A program made the position numbers and the translations under genes. The notes under the pieces were generated by a model. The model saw nothing but the letters and a program-made list of their open reading frames with translations. It did no database searches and had not been told where the DNA came from. A DNA stretch of 60,870 nucleotides, counting the filler, from an uncultured Clostridia bacterium (GTDB taxonomy: Bacteria > Aerophobota > Aerophobia > Aerophobales > B3-G15): NCBI GenBank assembly GCA_964482715.1. It is 3 parts of 3 records of this genome, joined end to end, with 100 filler letters (N's around TTAATTAATTAA, not from the genome) between each part and the next. Parts side by side here need not be neighbours in the genome. Positions count along the whole stretch, not along the records: positions 23,111 to 42,739 come from CAYZYX010000032.1; positions 42,840 to 60,870 come from CAYZYX010000033.1; 1 more part is not named here. One strand, 5' to 3'. Below are positions 37,526-46,735 of this stretch, in pieces (the first letter of the stretch is position 1; every line of letters begins with the position of its first letter).

Positions 37526-38623
37526 TCAGCTTTCTACTGCTTCAACTATTGCCTGAGCCATCCCTGATACACTTACCACCATATCCACACATCCTCTTTC
37601 AATGGCTGCTTTGGGCATGCCAAATATTATGGAAGACTCTTCATCTTGAACTATGGTTTTACCCCCTCTTCTTTTCACTTCCACCATTGCCTCGGCTCCG
37701 TCTGAACCCATACCCGTAAGTATTACTCCAACCGTATTTTTTCCGTAAAGCTCGGCTACTGAAAACATGGTGACATCCACTGAGGGACGATGAAGTGTAT
37801 TGGAAGGCTCCTTACTTAACCTGATAATGGCTCCTTTCCCCAGAGCTCTCTTTGCCACAGTCATGTGATAGTCCCCCGGAGCAAGATACCCCTTACCTTC
37901 CTCAACTACATCTCCGGCTTCGGCTTCTTTTATCTCAAGGGCACTTGCACTGTTAAGTCTTTCGGCAAAAGCACGGGTGAAATTGGGAGGCATGTGTTGA
38001 ACAATCAGTAAAGCCGCGGGAAGATCTCCAGGAAGATAGGGGATTATCTTCATTAGAGTCTGAGGCCCACCGGTAGATACCCCTATAGTCACCACCTTTT
38101 GAGGAATAACCTCCCTTCTCTCCGGTCTCCTGGCAGAAATTTTTGGTCTGACCACCTTTAAAGTTGAAAGACCTTTCCCTTTTTTTACTCTGACAAAGGC
38201 AGCTGCCTTCACCTTGGCAACTATCTCATCTTTCTGTTTACCTATATCAAGAGAAATCGTTCCTGAAAGTTTAGGGATAAAGTCAACAGCTCCAAGCTCC
38301 AGTGCCCTGAATGTTTCCTGAGCTCCTTCCTGAGTAAGAGAGCTTATCATGACAACAGGTAAAGGATGAGTAGTCATAATGTGCCTCAGGCAGGTCAAAC
38401 CATCCATCCTTGGCATGTTAATATCCAGAGTAACAACATCAGGATTAAGTTCTTCCAGTTTTTCCAGAGCATCCTCTCCATCTCTTGCTATGCCAACCAC
38501 TTCAATAAGGGGATCAGACTCAAGGATTTGCCTTATAGCTTTTCGCATAAATGCCGAATCATCCACCACCAGAACTTTTATCTTTCCTTTAGACCAGGAA
38601 GATCTGGGTAAAATTTGCTTCAT
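37526..38623 (-). CDS. cheB: Chemotaxis response regulator methylesterase
   Basis: REC domain, then GVSTGGP, VQHMP, HRPSVD, LTGMGSDG, IFGMP; ATG 38623 after AAGGAG. Confidence 0.95.
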   Translation of the reverse strand: MKQILPRSSWSKGKIKVLVVDDSAFMRKAIRQILESDPLIEVVGIARDGEDALEKLEELNPDVVTLDINMPRMDGLTCLRHIMTTHPLPVVMISSLTQEGAQETFRALELGAVDFIPKLSGTISLDIGKQKDEIVAKVKAAAFVRVKKGKGLSTLKVVRPKISARRPERREVIPQKVVTIGVSTGGPQTLMKIIPYLPGDLPAALLIVQHMPPNFTRAFAERLNSASALEIKEAEAGDVVEEGKGYLAPGDYHMTVAKRALGKGAIIRLSKEPSNTLHRPSVDVTMFSVAELYGKNTVGVILTGMGSDGAEAMVEVKRRGGKTIVQDEESSIIFGMPKAAIERGCVDMVVSVSGMAQAIVEAVES

Positions 38624-38633
38624 CTTTTTCTCC

Positions 38634-39137
38634 TTACAGATACCTTGTTTCCATTTGCGATGTTTTAAGCATGACCTTTCCCGTGGCAAGGTCAAATCCC
38701 ATGGTTCTGGGAATATTACCGAGGATCTCTTCAGCAACGATCATTATCCCGATCTCCTGCAGATACTTTTTCACTCTCTCCACGTTTTTTCTGCCAATAT
38801 CAAACTGGGAAGGTGCCCCGGGAGGAAGACCAAACATATCAGCACCTCCAGCAATTTTGGCTACCATAAAACTTCGCCTCGCCCCCATTTCCTCCATCTT
38901 TTTAAGCATCAGAGGAAGGGCAACATCGGCGAATCTGGAATCTTGCTGATGTAAACTGCCCGTACTGGCAGAGCAGGGCAGAGCTACGTGGGCAAGTCCA
39001 CCAATCTTGTGCATCACATCGTAGAGGGCAATACCAACGCAGGAGCCCAGATTAAAGGTAATAAGCTCAGCAGGAGCTTTTGCCACCTTAAATTCCCCGA
39101 TCCCGACAATGATCTTTGTCTTTTCTTTCACTTTCAT
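38634..39137 (-). CDS. cheD: Chemoreceptor glutamine deamidase
   Basis: VGIGE, LGSCVGI, GGLAHVALP, AKIAGGA, IGRKN; ATG 39137 after GGAG. Confidence 0.93.
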   Translation of the reverse strand: MKVKEKTKIIVGIGEFKVAKAPAELITFNLGSCVGIALYDVMHKIGGLAHVALPCSASTGSLHQQDSRFADVALPLMLKKMEEMGARRSFMVAKIAGGADMFGLPPGAPSQFDIGRKNVERVKKYLQEIGIMIVAEEILGNIPRTMGFDLATGKVMLKTSQMETRYL

Positions 39138-39151
39138 ACTCTCCACAAGGA

Positions 39152-39949
39152 TTATATCTTCTGGTAAAAACAATCCCCACGAGGTTTAAACCCCAACTCT
39201 TCGGGGTTCAGTATTTTCTCTGTTCCTCCCAGAAAAAGAATCCCCTCCTTTTTTAGAGCATGGTGAAATTTTCTTATCAATCTTTCTTTAATTTCCTCTT
39301 CAAAATAAATGATGATATTGCGACAGAGAATAAGCCAGAAAAATCCTTTTGGAAAATCATCCTGAAGCAGATTAAACTTTTTCAATCTCACCCTTCTTTT
39401 TACCTCCTCTCTTACCGCAAATTTATCTTGCCTGGGGATAAAAAATCTATTCAGTCTTGATGGTGAGACATTTCTCAAAGCCATCTTATCGTAGATGCCC
39501 ATTTTCGCTTTTTTCAGAGCAGCTTCATCTATATCGGTAGCCAGAATCCGGGTACTCACCTGAGGGTATTTTTCTTCCAGAATAATAGCAACAGAATAAG
39601 GTTCCTCTCCTCCGGCACAGGCTGCACTCCATATCCTGAGATTGGGAGTTTTTCTGAGAAGTTCTGGAATTATGCTATTTTCGAGTTCTTCAAAACGATC
39701 CGGATCCCGGAAAAATTCAGACCAGTTTATGGTAAGGTAGTCCAGGAATTTTCTAAACTCGGAAGGGTTTTTTTCCAGAAAGCGCCAGTACTGTTTTAAA
39801 TCAGAATAACCCATTTTTTGACTCATTTCTCTTATTCTGCGTTGCATCTGACGTGGTTTATAGGCATCAAGATCAATCCCGCTTTTTTCCAGAATTTTTT
39901 TCCTTAAATACCGGTAATCAAATTCTAAATGAGTATCTTTACCTTTCAT
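39152..39949 (-). CDS. cheR: Second chemotaxis methyltransferase
   Basis: YKPRQMQRRI, TINWSEFFRD, IWSAACAGGEEPYS, LCRNIIIYF. Confidence 0.9.
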   Translation of the reverse strand: MKGKDTHLEFDYRYLRKKILEKSGIDLDAYKPRQMQRRIREMSQKMGYSDLKQYWRFLEKNPSEFRKFLDYLTINWSEFFRDPDRFEELENSIIPELLRKTPNLRIWSAACAGGEEPYSVAIILEEKYPQVSTRILATDIDEAALKKAKMGIYDKMALRNVSPSRLNRFFIPRQDKFAVREEVKRRVRLKKFNLLQDDFPKGFFWLILCRNIIIYFEEEIKERLIRKFHHALKKEGILFLGGTEKILNPEELGFKPRGDCFYQKI

Positions 39950-40403
39950 TTTTCTCCAGCAACCTCAGGTTTTTCCTGGCTATTTCAAAGTCAGGATTTA
40001 TGGAAAGAACTATTTTAAACTGCTCTTTTGCCTCCTCAAGTCTACCCTGGTTATAGTAAACTACCCCTAAATTGTTGCGAGCCTCAACATCTTCCGGATT
40101 AAGTTCAAGAGCTTTCTTATATTCACAAGCAGCTTCCTTCCAGAGTCCCCTGGCTTGATAAACAAGTCCCCTGTGATAATAAATTTCAGCTCTTTCAGGA
40201 TTTAGCTTTAAAGCTTTCTCAAAGATTTTTAAGGCTTTATCGTAATCTTCCCTCTGATAAAAGATAATCCCCTCTCTCAAGTATTTTTCCTGTGAGGGGA
40301 TAACCTCCTCCACGATTTTTAAGGTCTCTCCGGATAAGCTTTCCCTCCGTATATTCCTGATAATCTCTGCAAGATCTATTTTAAGAGGATTTTTCCTTTT
40401 CAC
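39939..40403 (-). CDS. Tetratricopeptide-repeat protein
   Basis: Three TPR units (A...FEKALKLNP, YKKALELNP, ARNNLGVVY). Confidence 0.88.
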   Translation of the reverse strand: MKRKNPLKIDLAEIIRNIRRESLSGETLKIVEEVIPSQEKYLREGIIFYQREDYDKALKIFEKALKLNPERAEIYYHRGLVYQARGLWKEAACEYKKALELNPEDVEARNNLGVVYYNQGRLEEAKEQFKIVLSINPDFEIARKNLRLLEKNER

Positions 40404-41163
40404 CGGATATTATCTCCACAGCCAGTTTTTGGTAGGCTAAAGCTCCTCTGCAACCGGGATCGTAAATTGATACAGGAAGTCCAGAACCTGGAGCTTCAGC
40501 CAGTTTAGTGCTGACCGGAATTACCGTATTAAAGAGTTCTCTGTGAAAGTTTTTCCTTAACTCCTCTAAAATAAGATGACTGAGTCTTGTTCTTGGATCA
40601 AACATGGTGGCAAGGATTTTTACCTCGCACAGATTTGGACTGATTCTCTCTCTTACCATCTCCACCATACTCAAAAGCTGGGCAAGGCCCGTTAAAGCGT
40701 AAAATTGGGTCTGAACAGGGATAATAACTTTATCTGCCGAGGTGAGAGCGTTTAAGGTTAAAACACCAAGAGAAGGAGGGGTGTCTATAAAAATGTAATC
40801 GTACTGTTCAATAAGAGGACTTAATCTCTCTTTCAACACCAGTCCTCCTCCCTCCCTGGTTCGAAGTTTTCTCTCTACCTCCACAAGAGAAGAATTAGCA
40901 GGCAAAATCCAGAGATTTTCGGCTATTGTAGGATGTATAACCTTCTCAGCTCCCAGGTGCAGATTGAGGAGAAAATCCCGCACAGAAGGATAAGAAGAGA
41001 GAATTTTCATCCCCACCCCCAGGCTTGCACTTCTTTGAGGATCAAGGTCTATTAAGAGAACCCTTCTTTTCTGTTTAGCAATGCAGGCAGCAAGGTTAAC
41101 CGCTGTCGTAGTTTTTCCACATCCACCCTTGGGATTGGCAACAGCAATTACCCGTGCATCCAC
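40381..41163 (-). CDS. ParA/Soj-family ATPase within the chemotaxis operon
   Basis: NPKGGCGKTTT, DLDPQ, IDTPPSLG, LAEAP; no parB adjacent. Confidence 0.9.
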   Translation of the reverse strand: MDARVIAVANPKGGCGKTTTAVNLAACIAKQKRRVLLIDLDPQRSASLGVGMKILSSYPSVRDFLLNLHLGAEKVIHPTIAENLWILPANSSLVEVERKLRTREGGGLVLKERLSPLIEQYDYIFIDTPPSLGVLTLNALTSADKVIIPVQTQFYALTGLAQLLSMVEMVRERISPNLCEVKILATMFDPRTRLSHLILEELRKNFHRELFNTVIPVSTKLAEAPGSGLPVSIYDPGCRGALAYQKLAVEIISGEKEKSS

Positions 41164-41176
41164 TGGGAATCATTCC

Positions 41177-42739
41177 TCATTTTTTCTTTTTTTCTGCCAC
41201 CTGATTTTTTCTCTCCTCCTTACTCTCTTTTGCCTCAACCCCTGTCTTTTTTTCAATTTCCATTTTTGCTCCAGCCATCTTCAGTTTCATGGGTGGCGAT
41301 TCTGTCTCTCTTTTTGCTTTATCCTCTTTCCGGACAGTCAAAATCTCCCTTAGATTAAGTAAAATAAGAAGCCTTTTTCCGTCATCAAGCTTACCTATTC
41401 CCCGGAGATATTTGGCCTCGATACCCGCCACAATAGGTGGAGGTGGTTCAATGGCATCCTTGGGCAAGCGGAGGACTTCGGAAACTGAGTCAACGATAAT
41501 ACCCGTTGTCTTGTTATCCACATTGGTAACCACAATTCGGGTAGCATTAGTCTTTTTGGTAGCTTCAAGATCAAATCTTTTACGAAGGTCAATTACAGGA
41601 AGGACATTTCCCCTCAGGTTTATTACTCCCTCTACAAAGAAAGGTGCCTGGGGAACCCTGGTAATTTCAGGAAGCCTGATAATCTCCTGGACTTCCTCAA
41701 TATTTACTCCAAATTCTTCATTTTCTATTTTAAAGCTAACAAGTTGTTCTTCTTCGGCCATTTTTTTCGCCTCCTGCTGGCTCTTTTTATCATCAACTTT
41801 TTTGTCCTCACTCAACCGGGACAGCTGTTTCTTTTCGGTTCTGGTAAGAAGTTTGTGCAAATCAAGAAGTAAAAGAAGTCTTTTTCCATCCTCCATCTTA
41901 CCTATTCCCTGAAGGTGATCGCTATCAAGGCCGGAGAGAATGGGTGGAGGTGGTTCAATGGCATCTTTAGACAGACGAAGAACTTCAGACACAGAGTCAA
42001 CTACCATTCCTGTAGATATTCCATCTATATTTACCACTATGATACGTTGAGAATCTGTCTTTTCAATGTTTTCCAGGGAAAATCTTTTGCGAAGAGATAT
42101 AATGGGAAGAACTTTTTCCCTTAAGTTAATCACTCCTTCCACAAATTCTGGAGCTTTAGGAACTCTGGTGATTTCAGGTACCCTGATGATCTCCTGAACT
42201 TCGGAAATTCCCACTGCATATTCTTCATCCCCTAATCTAAAACCTACAAATTGAGCTTCATCTGAGATAGCTTTCTCATCCACTTTACCCTCCTGCTTTA
42301 TGTCACTTTTTTTCTGAGACACAGATTTGAGATTTTCTGAAAGTTCATCTATCCCTTCTATAGCCAGAAATTTTTGAAGATTAAGCAGATTAATAAGGCG
42401 CCCTTGTTCTTCCAGTTTGCCTATTCCTTCCAGATACTCCGCTGCTTTTCCTATAAGCGAAGGAGCGGTCTCAACTGTATCCTCGGGCAGGCGAAGAACT
42501 TCAGAAACGGAATCAACAATTATTCCGGTCATTTTACCTCCAATATTCACCACCAGAATTCGGTTTGAATCTGTCCATTCCTTCAGCTCAAGATCAAAAC
42601 GTCGGCGACAATCAATTACGGGGAGAATACCTCCTCTTAAGTTAATCACTCCTTCCACAAATTCTGGAGCTTTGGGAACTCTGGTGATTTCAGGGATTTT
42701 TATTATTTCCTGAACCTCCATTATATCCACACCAAACTC
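41177..42739 (-). CDS. cheW: CheW protein with at least three tandem CheW domains (5' truncated at contig end)
   Basis: Three repeats of EVQEII..PEITRVP.AP.FVEGVINLR..LP...R.RF..IVDSVSEVLRL; charged C-terminal tail. Confidence 0.92.
   Translation of the reverse strand, partial: EFGVDIMEVQEIIKIPEITRVPKAPEFVEGVINLRGGILPVIDCRRRFDLELKEWTDSNRILVVNIGGKMTGIIVDSVSEVLRLPEDTVETAPSLIGKAAEYLEGIGKLEEQGRLINLLNLQKFLAIEGIDELSENLKSVSQKKSDIKQEGKVDEKAISDEAQFVGFRLGDEEYAVGISEVQEIIRVPEITRVPKAPEFVEGVINLREKVLPIISLRKRFSLENIEKTDSQRIIVVNIDGISTGMVVDSVSEVLRLSKDAIEPPPPILSGLDSDHLQGIGKMEDGKRLLLLLDLHKLLTRTEKKQLSRLSEDKKVDDKKSQQEAKKMAEEEQLVSFKIENEEFGVNIEEVQEIIRLPEITRVPQAPFFVEGVINLRGNVLPVIDLRKRFDLEATKKTNATRIVVTNVDNKTTGIIVDSVSEVLRLPKDAIEPPPPIVAGIEAKYLRGIGKLDDGKRLLILLNLREILTVRKEDKAKRETESPPMKLKMAGAKMEIEKKTGVEAKESKEERKNQVAEKKKK
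42120..42694. repeat. 59-bp near-identical direct repeat between CheW domains 1 and 2
   Basis: 42120-42178 vs 42636-42694, one mismatch. Confidence 0.85.
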
Positions 42740-42839
42740 NNNNNNNNNNNNNNNNNNNNNNNNNNNNNNNNNNNNNNNNNNNNTTAATTAATTAANNNNN
42801 NNNNNNNNNNNNNNNNNNNNNNNNNNNNNNNNNNNNNNN
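42740..42839. other. Artificial contig linker
   Basis: N44-TTAATTAATTAA-N44. Confidence 0.97.
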
Positions 42840-43721
42840 ACTTATGTTGATATGGCGACTATGATGGGATATAATACTCGAATGTTTGCCGAGATGGGAT
42901 TGCTCCCTCCTACAACCTGGGATGAGTTAAAAGAAGTAGCTCGAAAATTTAAAGCCAGGGGGATTGCAGGAATAATCATTCCTGGAGCTGGAACTACCAA
43001 TGATGTAAATATTTTTGAAGGTATGGTCTGGGCAAACGGTGGAAGATGGCTAAGTGAAGATGGAAAAAAGGTAGTAATCAATGGACCTGGTGGAGTAGAT
43101 GTAATGCAGCTTTGGGCGGATCTTTATAATGAGAGATTAGCTCCGGAGGCGGCTATAGAGACTGACTACTATGAAGCTATCCTTGCTTTCTTCCAGAATC
43201 AGGGAGCTATGGCTCTTGGGATGTCCTGGATACCTGCTATTGAGGGAGAAGTGGCAACAGCACCCGGATTTCAGTACAGATTAACTTTAGCACCTCGTAA
43301 TCCCAAGCCAAGTGGTAATTTTTCTCCTGCTTCCACAATAATGGCTCCCACAACAGCTTTTATGCTTACTACCGGGTGCAAGCATCCTGAGGCTGCAATG
43401 GAATACCTTAACTTTGTTGCCAGCCAGGAATTTCAACAGGGATGGGATGGTGATCCTATTCCGGGAAGAGTTCCTGCTACTAAAGCAAACTGGGAATCCC
43501 CTGATCTTCTCAAGTGCTACCCCGATCTTGTTCCTCTTTACAGAAGGGGTGAACTCTTTAAGGGTTCTCTCCCTATGCCCGCTTTTCCAGGGCTTATCCA
43601 GATGGAAGTTGAGTTAGGTAAGGCTATTCAGTCAGTTCTTCTTGGAGAAATAAGTGCTAAGGAAGCTTTAGATAAAGTAGCAGAGAAATCTCAGAAAATA
43701 CTGGAAAAAGTATCCAAATAG
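42840..43721 (+). CDS. Sugar ABC substrate-binding protein (5' truncated)
   Basis: YNTRMF..PPTTWDEL, F.NQGAM, C-terminal LGEISAKEALD. Confidence 0.85.
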   Translation, partial: TYVDMATMMGYNTRMFAEMGLLPPTTWDELKEVARKFKARGIAGIIIPGAGTTNDVNIFEGMVWANGGRWLSEDGKKVVINGPGGVDVMQLWADLYNERLAPEAAIETDYYEAILAFFQNQGAMALGMSWIPAIEGEVATAPGFQYRLTLAPRNPKPSGNFSPASTIMAPTTAFMLTTGCKHPEAAMEYLNFVASQEFQQGWDGDPIPGRVPATKANWESPDLLKCYPDLVPLYRRGELFKGSLPMPAFPGLIQMEVELGKAIQSVLLGEISAKEALDKVAEKSQKILEKVSK

Positions 43722-43731
43722 GACACTTAGG

Positions 43732-43762
43732 TGTGCCCACCTTTATCTTTTTGGTGGGCACA
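43732..43762 (+). terminator. Intra-operon hairpin after the SBP gene
   Basis: TGTGCCCACC / GGTGGGCACA 10-bp stem. Confidence 0.55.
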
Positions 43763-43784
43763 TCGCAGATTCAGGAGGATTAAA

Positions 43785-44675
43785 ATTAGAAGATATTTCT
43801 CACTAAAAAAGAAAAGCAATCTTGGTGGTTATCTTTTTATATCCTCAGCTGTAGCTATAGTTGTTCTTTTTATTTTTTATCCTTTATTTGTCTCTATAAA
43901 ACTTTCCTTCACCAGTAAATCTTTTCTTATCCCTGGAACTGAATTTGTTGGATTGGAAACCTACAAAGAAGTTATACTTGATGAAGTATTTAGATTATCT
44001 TTAAAGAACTCTATTAAGTGGATAGTTTTTGGAACTTTGCTCTCTCTTGGTATAGGAGGGGGTATTGGTATTTTTCTAAGTATCGGTTTTAAGGGAAGCA
44101 AAACAATTTCTGCCTTAATTTTACTGCCCTGGTTACTTCCCAATATAATAGCAGCGGTAAGTTGGAAATGGATGTATCATCCCGATTTGGGTGTTATCAG
44201 TTTTCTAATAGAGTCACTTGCTGGAAAGGAAATTAGACTTTTGAGCAATGTTAATCTGGTTCTCTGGCTTCTTTTAATCATCCTGGTATGGAGATTAGCT
44301 CCTCTTGCCTCCCTTCTTTTTCTCTCGGGAATTCAGAGTATACCTAAAGAACTTTTTGAAGCAGCAGAGGTGGATGGAGCAGATTCTTACCAGAAATTTC
44401 GCTATATAACTATACCTCACCTAAGTTACCCTCTGATAATAGGGACTCTTTTGATCTCCCTTTTTATTTTAAAGGATTTTACTATTGTCTGGGTTACCAC
44501 TCAAGGTGGTCCTGTGCATTACAGTGAAATCCTGCCTACCTATATATATAGATTAGGCTTTTATAACTGGGAGGTAGGAAAAGCTGCAGCAACATCTATG
44601 TTGTATTTTATATTCATCCTTTCCTTAAGTTTAGCTTATCTATTTGTTTTCAGAAAAGTTTGGAGGGGAACTTAA
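43785..44675 (+). CDS. Carbohydrate ABC permease (MalF-like), probable ATT start
   Basis: FVGLETY, LLPW, EAAEVDGA..FRYITIP, TQGGP; AGGAGG (43773-43778) 6 nt before the in-frame ATT. Confidence 0.85.
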   Translation: MRRYFSLKKKSNLGGYLFISSAVAIVVLFIFYPLFVSIKLSFTSKSFLIPGTEFVGLETYKEVILDEVFRLSLKNSIKWIVFGTLLSLGIGGGIGIFLSIGFKGSKTISALILLPWLLPNIIAAVSWKWMYHPDLGVISFLIESLAGKEIRLLSNVNLVLWLLLIILVWRLAPLASLLFLSGIQSIPKELFEAAEVDGADSYQKFRYITIPHLSYPLIIGTLLISLFILKDFTIVWVTTQGGPVHYSEILPTYIYRLGFYNWEVGKAAATSMLYFIFILSLSLAYLFVFRKVWRGT

Positions 44676-44678
44676 GTT

Positions 44679-45545
44679 ATGGTCAAAAAAAGATTGAAAA
44701 AAGGGTCTTTTATCCAAAGAGTAATGATTGCTGTTATTGCTGCAGTAATCTGTGGATTTATTTTGTTCCCTATTGCATGGCTACTTATAACCTCTTTTAA
44801 ATCAAGTGCCGAGGTTTTTAGAATCCCACCCACTTTCTGGCCCCATGAGTTTACCTTTGAGCCATATATTAAAACCTGGCAGGGAAAACATCTGGGAGGT
44901 GCCAGTCCCTGGGGTATCTTTGTTTTAAATAGCTTTAAGGTTTCTCTTCCTGCAACTTTTCTAACCACACTAATTTCTTCATTGGCTGGGTATGGTTTTG
45001 CCCGGTTTAAATTTCCCGGATGGGTAATTTTACTCATGATTATCTTGATTTCCCAGATGTTTCCTGGTCCTGCTTTGCTCATTCCTATAAGCGAGCTTAT
45101 CAGTGCTATGGGACTTTACAACACCCACCTTGCTTTGATCTTACTTTATACCTCTTTTGCTGTCCCCTTTACTACTTGGCTTTCCATTGGTAATTTTCGC
45201 AGTATCCCTGAGGAACTTGAGTATGCGGCCATGGTAGATGGATGTTCCAGAATAGGTTCTTTTTTTAGAATAGCCTTGCCTTTATCTAGAATTGGTCTTA
45301 TTACAACAGCCATTTTTGCCTTTTTAATGAGCTGGAGCGAATACCCTTTTGCTCTGATCCTTCTGGAAAGAAATGAATTAAAAACTGTTCCCGTAGGGTT
45401 AGGTGATTATGTTCAAGAATTTAATATCGCCTTTAACGAAGTGGGGGCAGCTACAATCGTTCTTGCCATCCCGATATTTGTGCTCTTTTTACTGGCTCAG
45501 AAATACTTTATGAAAGGAATACTGGGCGGTGCTTTAAAAGAATAA
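44679..45545 (+). CDS. Carbohydrate ABC permease (MalG-like)
   Basis: TSFK, AGYGFAR, ELEYAAMVDG, WSEY, QKYFMKG..GALK. Confidence 0.92.
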   Translation: MVKKRLKKGSFIQRVMIAVIAAVICGFILFPIAWLLITSFKSSAEVFRIPPTFWPHEFTFEPYIKTWQGKHLGGASPWGIFVLNSFKVSLPATFLTTLISSLAGYGFARFKFPGWVILLMIILISQMFPGPALLIPISELISAMGLYNTHLALILLYTSFAVPFTTWLSIGNFRSIPEELEYAAMVDGCSRIGSFFRIALPLSRIGLITTAIFAFLMSWSEYPFALILLERNELKTVPVGLGDYVQEFNIAFNEVGAATIVLAIPIFVLFLLAQKYFMKGILGGALKE

Positions 45546-45558
45546 AGGAGAGTTCAAA

Positions 45559-46704
45559 ATGGTTTCCCGGAAAAGAGTAGAGATAATTTTAAATCATAAA
45601 GAAGCAGATAGAATTCCAATTGATGTGGGAAGCACCGAAGTTACTTCCATAAACATTCACGCCTATAAGACATTGAGACAATACTGGCAGATGGAAGAAA
45701 AAGAGATCTATACGGCAAATATTGTCCAGCAGCTGGCCAGTCCCCATGAAGATTTTCTGGAAAAAATAGGGTGTGATTTTCGCCCTATTGTAGCTAATCC
45801 TCCTTCTACCTGGGAATTTAAGAAAATTGATGAAGGAGATTACTGGGCTTTTTTTGATGAATGGGGAGCAAAACTGAGAATGCCCAAAAAAGGTGGGTTT
45901 TACTTTGATTATGTGGAATTCCCTCTTAAAGAGCCAACACTTGATGCTTTAAAAAATTTTAAATTTCCTGATCCAAATGACTCTGCACGAATAAAAGGTC
46001 TTAAAGAAAAAGCTAAATATCTTTACGAGAACACCGATTATGCGCTGGTGGGAAGTTGTCTTTTTGGGGGAGGAGTATTTGAACAACCAGCTCGAATAAG
46101 GGGTATGGAGAATTTTTTGATGGATCTTGTCAGCAATATAAAGTTTGCCGATGCTCTTATGGAAGAGATTACCCAGCGCTATATTCAGATGTACTCCAAT
46201 TTTCTTGATGAGGTAGGACCTTATTTAAGTGTGGTAACTTACTGGGACGACGTCACAGGCCAAAGTGGTCCCTTAATCAGTCCCAAAATTTACAGAAAAT
46301 ATATCAAACCTAAGCAAAAAAGAATCGTAGAGATTATCAAAAAGAAAACATCAGCTAAGGTTTTTCTTCATTGCTGCGGAGCAGCTTCTTTCTTCATCCC
46401 TGATTTTATCGAGATAGGATTTGATATTTTAAATCCTGTTCAAGTTTCTGCCTCCAACATGGATACAAAAAAATTAAAGAAGGAATTTGGCAAAGATATT
46501 GTATTCTGGGGTGGTATTGACACTCAGAGAATCCTTCCTTTTGGTAAGCCTAAGGATGTGGAAGAGGAAGTGAAAAGGAGAATTGATGATCTTGCTTCAG
46601 AGGGTGGATACGTATTTGGCGCTGTTCACAATATCCAGGCCAATACCCCTCCAGAAAATTTACATGCTATGTTTAATGCTTTCCAAAAGTGGTGCTGGTA
46701 CTGA
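45559..46704 (+). CDS. Uroporphyrinogen decarboxylase / MtaA-CmuA superfamily protein
   Basis: DRIPID, DEWG, RGMENFLMD, LHCCG, LNPVQ, FWGGIDTQ, GGYVFGAVHNIQ. Confidence 0.85.
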   Translation: MVSRKRVEIILNHKEADRIPIDVGSTEVTSINIHAYKTLRQYWQMEEKEIYTANIVQQLASPHEDFLEKIGCDFRPIVANPPSTWEFKKIDEGDYWAFFDEWGAKLRMPKKGGFYFDYVEFPLKEPTLDALKNFKFPDPNDSARIKGLKEKAKYLYENTDYALVGSCLFGGGVFEQPARIRGMENFLMDLVSNIKFADALMEEITQRYIQMYSNFLDEVGPYLSVVTYWDDVTGQSGPLISPKIYRKYIKPKQKRIVEIIKKKTSAKVFLHCCGAASFFIPDFIEIGFDILNPVQVSASNMDTKKLKKEFGKDIVFWGGIDTQRILPFGKPKDVEEEVKRRIDDLASEGGYVFGAVHNIQANTPPENLHAMFNAFQKWCWY

Positions 46705-46735
46705 GAAGTAAAACGGGGGGAAGGAGGAGAGAAAA

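Noticed and set aside
38624..38737. N-terminal extensions in the ORF track for cheB (also cheD, LarA-family gene, leuD, cysE)
   Set aside because: Most overlap the upstream gene, and better SD-associated starts lie downstream
41289..41912. 207-aa antisense ORF and other short shadow ORFs
   Set aside because: Antisense to well-supported genes, with no motifs or expression signals
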